A stretch of DNA of 64,000 bases from Candidatus Shapirobacteria bacterium (GTDB taxonomy: Bacteria; Patescibacteriota; Microgenomatia; UBA12405). Shown piece by piece: positions 56,957 through 64,000 of the stretch. The stretch covers positions 161,275 to 225,274 of the forward strand of contig JAUYJS010000008.1 of assembly GCA_030698565.1 (NCBI GenBank), given 5' to 3'. The notes beneath the pieces are model-generated. The model did not search any database and was not told the DNA's origin. It saw only the letters and a program-made list of their open reading frames with translations. The position numbers and the translations under genes were made by a program. Within the stretch, counting starts at the first letter, position 1. Every line of letters begins with the position of its first letter.

Positions 56957-57622
56957 ATGTCTCGAGTTTTTTTAATCATCTCTCTAATCATTAATGCCAT
57001 TTTAGGTTTTTTATTTCTTCGTCCCCGTCCAGTTATCCCAAATCTCTATCAAGTCGATCGCGTCATCGATGGCGACACTTTTATTGTCAAAGAAGGAGAC
57101 TTGTCTGCCGGCAGGCAGATTCGTCTTATGAGTGTCAACTCTCCCGAAGTCGGTCTTTGCGGCAGTGCAGAAGCCACAGCTAAATTAAAAGAATTAATTG
57201 ATGGTAAAAAAGTTCGATTAGTCGGTGATCTCAATGATCATTATGGTCGTCTCTTGGCTCTGGTTTATGTTGACGATCAATTAATTAACAAAGAAATAAT
57301 TCTTTCCGGCTGGGCCCGTTTCACTTCAACTGCATCTTCAGAATCCGAAAATTTAAAATCCGCTTTTCAAAAGATAAAAACCGAAAAATTGGGAGTTTTT
57401 AGTTCCAAGTGTTATCAAACCACCAACCCTCAAAATCCAAAATGTAACATCAAAGGAAATGTCAAAGAAGGTAAAAAAATTTATTTTTTCCCCGGTTGTG
57501 GCAATTACAGCAATGTCGCCCTCGAACTAGATCAAGGCGATCAATGGTTCTGTTCCGAATCCGCTGCCACCTCCGCCGGTTTTACCAAAAGCGCCAATTG
57601 TTATGCGAAAGTGTATTACTAA
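56957..57622 (+). CDS. thermonuclease (SNase-like) with C-terminal Cys domain
   Basis: RVIDGDT, IRLMSVNSPE, DHYGRLLA, CNIKGN, WFCSE..A..AGF. Confidence 0.88.
   Translation: MSRVFLIISLIINAILGFLFLRPRPVIPNLYQVDRVIDGDTFIVKEGDLSAGRQIRLMSVNSPEVGLCGSAEATAKLKELIDGKKVRLVGDLNDHYGRLLALVYVDDQLINKEIILSGWARFTSTASSESENLKSAFQKIKTEKLGVFSSKCYQTTNPQNPKCNIKGNVKEGKKIYFFPGCGNYSNVALELDQGDQWFCSESAATSAGFTKSANCYAKVYY
57099..57118. repeat. degenerate CCTGCCTGCCGGCAGGCAGG palindrome in frame in the thermonuclease
   Basis: ACTTGTCTGCCGGCAGGCAG encodes (D)LSAGRQ. Confidence 0.7.
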
Positions 57623-57733
57623 CCTATGAAAACATATGAAGCTAAAATATAGACAAATAGTTAAATAGTACGGACAACAAGGGAATAATAGCAAGTTATT
57701 GAAAATATTTAAAAAGGGTGTATAGTTCTTATT

Positions 57734-59395
57734 ATGAACGAAGAATTACTAACAATTAGCCAAGTAGCTTTGATGTTTAATATCCATCCAGACACCCTTA
57801 GAAATTGGGAAAAAGACAACAAACTTGTACCTTTACGAGTTGGGCCAAGACAAGATCGAAGATATCGAAAACAAGATATTCAAACCATACTTGATAAATT
57901 GGGAAACAAATTAACGCTTCCACAACTAGAACAATTTTTATGGAGAAGTGCAGATATTTTAAGAGACAAAATTGATAGTTCTGATTATAAAAAATATATT
58001 TTTGGTCTTCTTTTTTACAAACGGATTAGTGATGTTTGGGATGAGGAATACAAAAAGATATTTGATGAGTTTGGCGACAAATCTTTGGCTCTTGCTGATT
58101 ACAATCATCGATTCCAAGTACCAGCCGATTGTGGCTGGTCAGTTATTACCGAAACATCAGAAAATATTGGTCGCAAACTAAATGAGATTTTTGAAAAGAC
58201 AACTAATGTCAACAGTCCCAAACTAGACAAAATTTTTGATGATTTAGACTTTGCCAACAAAGATCGTTTCCCAAATGAAACAATTCAAAAATTAATTAAT
58301 CATTTTTCTCAATATAATTTTAATAGCAATTACATTAGTTCAGATTTACTCGGTGATGCTTACGAATATTTAATCAAGGAGTTTGCCGCTGACGCTGGTA
58401 AAAAAGGTGGCCAATTTTATTCACCTCGTGAAGTTGAAAGAATAATTATAGGAATTGTTAAACCTCATCAAAAAGATCATATATGCGATCCAACCGTAGG
58501 ATCAGGAGGATTTTTACTTGAAGCATACAATTACCTAAAAGATAAAGCCGGAGAACAAATCGCTCGCTCACTATATCTATATGGCCAAGAAATAAATATC
58601 AGTACCTTTGCCATTGCTCGGATAAATATGTTTTTGCACGGTCTTGATAGTGCTGACATTCGTCGAGGCGATACTCTTGCCAATCCACAGTTTTTAAACA
58701 ACATGGGAGGATTACAAACCTTCGACATTGTGGTGGCAAATCCACCCTACTCGATAAAAGATTGGGAATTTGAAACATTTAGGAATGATAAATACGGTCG
58801 AATTGATGATTATGAATTGCCACCACAAAAAAATGCCGACTTTGCATTTCTGCTTCATATTGTTAAAACACTAAATGCCAATGGTCGTGCTGGTGTGGTT
58901 CTGCCACACGGAGTTTTATTTCGTGGCGGTGCTGAGGGTAGAATTCGCGAACAATTGATAAAACATGGACTAGTTGAAGCTATTATTTCACTCCCTGCCA
59001 AATTATTTTATGGCACAGGTATTCCAGTTGCGATTTGGATATTAAATAAAAATAAGTCAGAAGAGAAAAAAGACAAAATATTAATTATCGATGCCTCAAA
59101 AGAATATTTAGAGGGTAAAAATCAAAACAGTATCCGAAAACAAGATATTGAAAAAGTCATTAATACTTTTGATCAATATCAAGATATCGAAAAATATGCC
59201 CGAGTTATCGATATAAAAGAAATAAAAGAAAACGATTTTAATCTAAATGTCACTCGTTACATCGACTCAAACGAAGAAAAAGAAGTTATTGATGTCAAGC
59301 AAGTGTGGAATGAATTGAAAATATTAGAAACAGAAAGGAAAGATATTGATAAAAAAGTTAATAGTTTTATAACGGAGTTAGGCTATGACAAATGA
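57734..59395 (+). CDS. hsdM: type I RM methyltransferase with N-terminal MerR-type HTH
   Basis: LLTISQVALMFNIHPDTLRNWE..RRY; LWRSADILR, GQFYSPREV, DPTVGSGG, ANPPY. Confidence 0.93.
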   Translation: MNEELLTISQVALMFNIHPDTLRNWEKDNKLVPLRVGPRQDRRYRKQDIQTILDKLGNKLTLPQLEQFLWRSADILRDKIDSSDYKKYIFGLLFYKRISDVWDEEYKKIFDEFGDKSLALADYNHRFQVPADCGWSVITETSENIGRKLNEIFEKTTNVNSPKLDKIFDDLDFANKDRFPNETIQKLINHFSQYNFNSNYISSDLLGDAYEYLIKEFAADAGKKGGQFYSPREVERIIIGIVKPHQKDHICDPTVGSGGFLLEAYNYLKDKAGEQIARSLYLYGQEINISTFAIARINMFLHGLDSADIRRGDTLANPQFLNNMGGLQTFDIVVANPPYSIKDWEFETFRNDKYGRIDDYELPPQKNADFAFLLHIVKTLNANGRAGVVLPHGVLFRGGAEGRIREQLIKHGLVEAIISLPAKLFYGTGIPVAIWILNKNKSEEKKDKILIIDASKEYLEGKNQNSIRKQDIEKVINTFDQYQDIEKYARVIDIKEIKENDFNLNVTRYIDSNEEKEVIDVKQVWNELKILETERKDIDKKVNSFITELGYDK

Positions 59396-60209
59396 ACCAA
59401 TAACTATATTTGAAGAGTCAAAAAGAGTTAATCAGCATAATTCAGAATATTGGTCTGCTAGAGCACTGGGAAATATCCTTGGATATTCAGAATATAGACA
59501 CTTTTTACCTGTAATTGAAAAAGCAAAGGAATCTTGTATTAACTCAAAACAACCGGTGAATGAACATTTCGAGGAATACCTCGAGATGATCAAACTGGGT
59601 CATGGTGCCGAGAGACCTATAAGTGATATTAAATTGTCCAGATATGCTTGTTATTTAATAATGCAAAATGCTGATCCGTCAAAAGAAGTGGTTGCACTTG
59701 GACAGACATATTTTGCAATTCAGACTAGAAGACAGGAGATACGGGATCAAACGATTGAAGACAATAAAAGAATGTTCCTAAGAGAGGAAGTAACCGCTCA
59801 CAACAAACATTTAGCAGAAGCAGCGAGTATGGCAGGTGTCAGAAATTATGGCATTTTTACAAACTACGGATACATGGGTTTGTATGGGGGTAGGTCAATG
59901 GTAGAAATACATCAAAAAAAAGGATTAAAGAAAAGTCAAAAAATTTTAGACTTTATGGGAAGTGAAGAGTTGGCTGCAAATTTATTTAGAGCTACGCAGA
60001 CAGATGCAAAATTAAGACGAGATCAAGTAAAGAATGAAGCTGTGGCCAATCATACCCATCAAGAAGTCGGTCGAGAAGTTAGGGACACAATACGGAAGTT
60101 AGGTGGCACCATGCCCGAAAATCTCCCAACTCCCGATGCAATCACCCAAGCAAAAAAGAGAATTAAAAACATAGAAAAAGTAATGTTGAAAAACAATGTC
60201 TCAAAATAA
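59385..60209 (+). CDS. dinD: DNA-damage-inducible protein D (DinD, BRO-like N-terminus)
   Basis: EYWSARAL, LSRYACYLIMQNADPSK, YFAIQTRRQE, MGSEELAANLFRATQ, GGTMPENLP. Confidence 0.88.
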   Translation: MTNEPITIFEESKRVNQHNSEYWSARALGNILGYSEYRHFLPVIEKAKESCINSKQPVNEHFEEYLEMIKLGHGAERPISDIKLSRYACYLIMQNADPSKEVVALGQTYFAIQTRRQEIRDQTIEDNKRMFLREEVTAHNKHLAEAASMAGVRNYGIFTNYGYMGLYGGRSMVEIHQKKGLKKSQKILDFMGSEELAANLFRATQTDAKLRRDQVKNEAVANHTHQEVGREVRDTIRKLGGTMPENLPTPDAITQAKKRIKNIEKVMLKNNVSK

Positions 60210-61386
60210 TCAGAAAACATCAGTAAAATGGCCAATCAAAACAATGTCTGAAATTGTTGAATTTGCCTATGGTCAAAATCTTCCGAAAGAAAAACGCATC
60301 ACGGGTAATTGCGAAGTTTATGGTTCTAATGGGGTAGTTGGTTCACACAATCAATTTTTTGTTGAAGGTCCAGGAATTATTATTGGCAGAAAAGGGAGTA
60401 TTGGTAAGGTTATTTATACAGATAAAAATTTTTGGCCAATCGACACTACATACTATGTAAAACCGATTGATGAACTAGATTTAAAGTGGTTATATTATTG
60501 CCTCCAAATGTTAAAACTTGACAAGTTGAATTCTGCAACTGGTGTACCAGGTCTAAATAGAAATGATGTGTATTCGAAAAAAATATTGTTTCCTCCAATA
60601 AACACTCAACAAAAAATCGCCACAATTTTATCCACCATCGACGAGGCAATTCAAAAAACCGATCAAATAATCGAAAAAACAGAAAAATTAAAAAATGGGT
60701 TGATGAACGAAATGTTGACCAAAGGCATTGGTCATACAAAATTCAAAAAAACTAAATTGGGAGAAATTCCTGAGGAATGGAATGTAGTTCAACTATCTGA
60801 ATTAAGTTACATCACCAAACTTGCTGGTTACGAGTTTACTAAATATTTTAATAGTTACAAAGACCAAGGCGAGATGATAATAATTCGAGGTCTCAATTTG
60901 AAAAATAGAGAACTTGATTTGAGTAATATCAAGACAATTCCGAAATCGGTTGCTGATAATTTACAGAGGTCGAAACTAAGTTCCGGAGACTTAGTTTTCT
61001 CATACGTTGGAACGATTGGTCCAGTGGCGGTTATTACCGAAAACAACAAATATCACTTAGGGCCAAACGTCTGTAAAATTTCCCCAAATAAATACGTTAG
61101 TTCAAATTACCTTTATCAATATTTTTTAAGTGAGTTGATCAAAAAAGAAATTAATAAAAAAATTAGTGTTACGGCACAACCAAGTTTATCAATGGAAAAA
61201 ATAAGAGTCTTCGAAATAATTCTGCCATCAAATATGGACGAGCAAAATAAAATCTGCGAGATATTGATGAATTTTGATAAAAAAAATAGAAATTATGTCG
61301 CGACAAAAGAGAAATTGTTAGTCATTAAGAGTGGACTAATGAATGATATTTTTAGCCAAAAGGTGGAGGTAAATAATGCTACCTAA
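60196..61386 (+). CDS. hsdS: type I RM specificity subunit
   Basis: VYGSNG, IGRKGSIG, PPINTQQKIATILS, KKTKLGEIPEEW. Confidence 0.92.
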   Translation: MSQNNQKTSVKWPIKTMSEIVEFAYGQNLPKEKRITGNCEVYGSNGVVGSHNQFFVEGPGIIIGRKGSIGKVIYTDKNFWPIDTTYYVKPIDELDLKWLYYCLQMLKLDKLNSATGVPGLNRNDVYSKKILFPPINTQQKIATILSTIDEAIQKTDQIIEKTEKLKNGLMNEMLTKGIGHTKFKKTKLGEIPEEWNVVQLSELSYITKLAGYEFTKYFNSYKDQGEMIIIRGLNLKNRELDLSNIKTIPKSVADNLQRSKLSSGDLVFSYVGTIGPVAVITENNKYHLGPNVCKISPNKYVSSNYLYQYFLSELIKKEINKKISVTAQPSLSMEKIRVFEIILPSNMDEQNKICEILMNFDKKNRNYVATKEKLLVIKSGLMNDIFSQKVEVNNAT

Positions 61387-62431
61387 CGGCTGGACATTTC
61401 CCAAACCAAATCCTTCTGTGATATTACAGAACAGGGAGGCTGGAATGATTTATAGCTTTGATTTTGGAAGTGGAAAAGGAAAGTTTATTAGTACAGTGCT
61501 GGATGGTTCAGATCCATATGACATTTCTGTAAAAACCTCACCTAAAATTGAAATTAGGTTTACATATATTTTTGATAAAAAGGAAGTGGTTGGTATACAG
61601 TTTTCAAAAGCCGAAAAAGATGGTTCTCTTTCTGTGATACATTTATCCACTTTAGATTGGAATGGAATACTTAAAATTTTATATTTATTTTCTAATTTAG
61701 ACTTTTCATCACTTGCAAATAATAGTCTAATTATTGATGGTGGTTTAGTTCATGATCCAGTTGCGTTAAATAAATTTTTAATGACTGTAGCTACTGACCC
61801 AGTTGGTCAAGAAAAGATGAAAGAAGTTTTAAAAAATTTTGGAGCCATAAAAAATGGAGATATTAATGAAATTGTTGAAAGGAAAAATGCCATTGAACTA
61901 TTTGAAAAATTACTTAATAGTGCTGATGAGTTTCAAAAATATAAAACTACCAATGTTATTGGAAAGAACGAAGAGGTGTGGCAGAAGTTCTTTCAATCAA
62001 ATTCTTGGATATTAGGATCTGATTTTGTTGAAATATTAGACGAAAGGGTAATTGATGAAGAAAGTATCACTGATTTACCTGTTAAAGACTACGATGGTTT
62101 TGTAAATATTATAGAGTTAAAATTGCCTACTGAAGATTTTTGGACTCAAGAGATGATTCCTGTTTCAAATCTTACTAAGGCAATGGTGCAATGTATGCGC
62201 TATGTGACAGAGATGGAAAGAAGGATGAATGATTATAAAAAAATTGGCGAATTGGGTGCCAATATACTTAAGCCAAGAATTACTTTAATTTTTGGCAGAT
62301 CAAATGATTGGATGGATAAACACAGAGAACAATTAAAAATTCTAAACTCTAGTTTTCACAATATTTCTATTTTGACATATGACCATGTATTACAAAGAGC
62401 AAAAAAAATTACTGAACAAACAAAACATTAA
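61376..62431 (+). CDS. Shedu SduA-like (DUF4263) nuclease
   Basis: EEVWQKFFQSNSWILG, D..IIELKLP, Q, LIFGRS, ILTYDHVL. Confidence 0.78.
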   Translation: MLPNGWTFPKPNPSVILQNREAGMIYSFDFGSGKGKFISTVLDGSDPYDISVKTSPKIEIRFTYIFDKKEVVGIQFSKAEKDGSLSVIHLSTLDWNGILKILYLFSNLDFSSLANNSLIIDGGLVHDPVALNKFLMTVATDPVGQEKMKEVLKNFGAIKNGDINEIVERKNAIELFEKLLNSADEFQKYKTTNVIGKNEEVWQKFFQSNSWILGSDFVEILDERVIDEESITDLPVKDYDGFVNIIELKLPTEDFWTQEMIPVSNLTKAMVQCMRYVTEMERRMNDYKKIGELGANILKPRITLIFGRSNDWMDKHREQLKILNSSFHNISILTYDHVLQRAKKITEQTKH

Positions 62432-62453
62432 TTACATATAAATTATAAAAATT

Positions 62454-63329
62454 ATGCCAAATAAAAAATTTCTAGAGGAATATCCATTATACAGAAGGTT
62501 TGACTTCGAAATAGAAAAAATATGGTCGACTAACTACACCACTGGAGGTACTAGAATTTCACAATTACCTAAACCTGCCATAAACCTGGAATGTCCGATT
62601 TGTAAGTCGATACAAACTTTCAATATGGTTAATGAATATTTTGACGATAGCGACCTCAAAAAAAAGTACAATTCTCCGGCTTTTGTATCATTTCAGTTAA
62701 ATTATTTTTGTTCATGTTGTAAAGCTTTTCACTATGAATTCTTCGTTGATTTTGGTGTAACGAGGAAAATTGATAAAGACAAAAATGAAATTTGGACTAA
62801 TGGTTGGGTCAGAAAAATTGGTCAAAAACCAGAGTGGTCAATTGAAATTGATAGCCAAGTACAAAAATTTATAAACGAGGAAAACATTTTGCTTTTTAAA
62901 AAAGGATTAATTTGCGAATCACAGTCGTATGGAATTGGGGCATATTCGTATTATCGTAGAATTGTAGAGTCGATCATCGACGACCTACTAAAAGAAATTG
63001 AAGAACTAATTCCAGATGGAGATGAAAAAAAGGAATATTTGATTGCTTTTGAAAAAACTAAGAAAGAAATCATTGCTGCAAACAAAATTTCACTAGTAAA
63101 AGACCTAATTCCTAAAGTTTTGTTAATTGATGATGTCAATCCGTTAGCTGTTTTATATAGTGCAGTTAGTGATGGTTTACACAATAGGACAGACGAAGAG
63201 TGTTTAAATATAGCTGAAACAATTAGAGAGTGTTTATCGTTTTTAATTATACAAATCTACTCTAGTAAAAATAGTAAAAAACAATTTACAGATAGAATAA
63301 AAACATTATTAAAGAAGAAAACAAAATAA
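62454..63329 (+). CDS. hypothetical protein with Cys motifs and a DUF4145/HEPN-like helical C-terminus
   Basis: CPIC and CSCC; GAYSYYRRIVE; SDGLH. Confidence 0.55.
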   Translation: MPNKKFLEEYPLYRRFDFEIEKIWSTNYTTGGTRISQLPKPAINLECPICKSIQTFNMVNEYFDDSDLKKKYNSPAFVSFQLNYFCSCCKAFHYEFFVDFGVTRKIDKDKNEIWTNGWVRKIGQKPEWSIEIDSQVQKFINEENILLFKKGLICESQSYGIGAYSYYRRIVESIIDDLLKEIEELIPDGDEKKEYLIAFEKTKKEIIAANKISLVKDLIPKVLLIDDVNPLAVLYSAVSDGLHNRTDEECLNIAETIRECLSFLIIQIYSSKNSKKQFTDRIKTLLKKKTK

Positions 63330-63331
63330 CT

Positions 63332-64000
63332 ATGAAATTTAATGAACAATATACAGTCGAGAATCATATAATCAAATATATTTCTCAAACCTTAGATTTT
63401 GATTATATAAAACCTGAGGAGTTTGCTAAGTTGCGAGAATTTGAAAATGAATATTTGGTAATTCCTGAATTGTTTGAAGCGATAAAACGAATCAACAATT
63501 TAAATGACGATGGTAAAGTCCAAAGTGTTATTCGCGAAATAAAAAAGATTGACACAAACGAAGAATTTTTAAATCTACTTCGCAATGGGGTTAATATAAA
63601 AGACCCAAAAACAGGTAAAAATAGAGATTATTTGGTCGTCGATTATGACAATATTGATAATAACCATTTTGTCGTCACCAACCAATTTTATTTTGAAGGG
63701 AATTTGGAAAATATTCGTCCTGATATCATGGTTTTTATAAATGGTATTCCTGTAGTTGATATAGAAGCCAAAAGCCCAACCGCCTCGGAAATTGTTGATT
63801 ATACAAAGGCTATCGGTCAGTTAAAAAGATACGAAAGAAATGCTATCAAATTATTTTGGCCTAATTGTTTTAATATCGCTACTGATGGATTAAAAACTGT
63901 TTACGGTGCCACTTATGCTCCAACTCAATATTTTTTGCAGTGGAAAGATGAATTCGAAAATAAAGACGATGAGGAGCTAGAGATCACCTTAAAAGCATTA
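63332..64000 (+). CDS. hsdR: type I RM restriction subunit, N-terminal part (truncated by window edge)
   Basis: MKFNEQYTVE..FVVTNQF..RPDIMVFINGIPVVDIEAKSP..AIGQLKRY. Confidence 0.88.
   Translation, partial: MKFNEQYTVENHIIKYISQTLDFDYIKPEEFAKLREFENEYLVIPELFEAIKRINNLNDDGKVQSVIREIKKIDTNEEFLNLLRNGVNIKDPKTGKNRDYLVVDYDNIDNNHFVVTNQFYFEGNLENIRPDIMVFINGIPVVDIEAKSPTASEIVDYTKAIGQLKRYERNAIKLFWPNCFNIATDGLKTVYGATYAPTQYFLQWKDEFENKDDEELEITLKAL

Overview
AT-rich bacterial chromosome segment. Gene content (archaeal-type TIM, tRNA-Ile(UAU), tRNAs without encoded CCA, many apparently leaderless genes) suggests a Patescibacteria/CPR genome, probably Microgenomates-like; this is inference. 1-31.4 kb is mostly housekeeping: smpB, tmRNA, comF, tpiA, rnhA, tsaD, a tsaC-tsaE fusion, valS, rplY, trpS, three tRNAs, a Xer-like recombinase, a VirD4/TraG-like ATPase, dnaG and rpoD. 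31.4-37.6 kb is a complete type V-A CRISPR-Cas locus (cas12a-cas4-cas1-cas2, 7 repeats). It lies between two copies of the rpoD 3' end that differ only at synonymous sites. 37.8-38.3 kb holds reiterated tRNA-Asn 5' fragments, each interrupted by a different short palindrome, then a GIY-YIG nuclease and the intact tRNA-Asn. The same and other palindrome families are scattered across the window, often in frame inside conserved genes. From 38.3 kb a serine-recombinase island is followed by a defence cluster: two type I RM systems, Gabija, an HNH nuclease and a Shedu-like protein. Top candidates for new biology: (i) the tRNA-Asn/GIY-YIG/palindrome system; (ii) the rpoD-anchored Cas12a cassette; (iii) a tmRNA lacking canonical alanine identity elements; (iv) a DUF3800-like gene with a convergent small RNA; (v) a switch-like structured RNA at about 41.9 kb. 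All calls were made by eye with no database searches.
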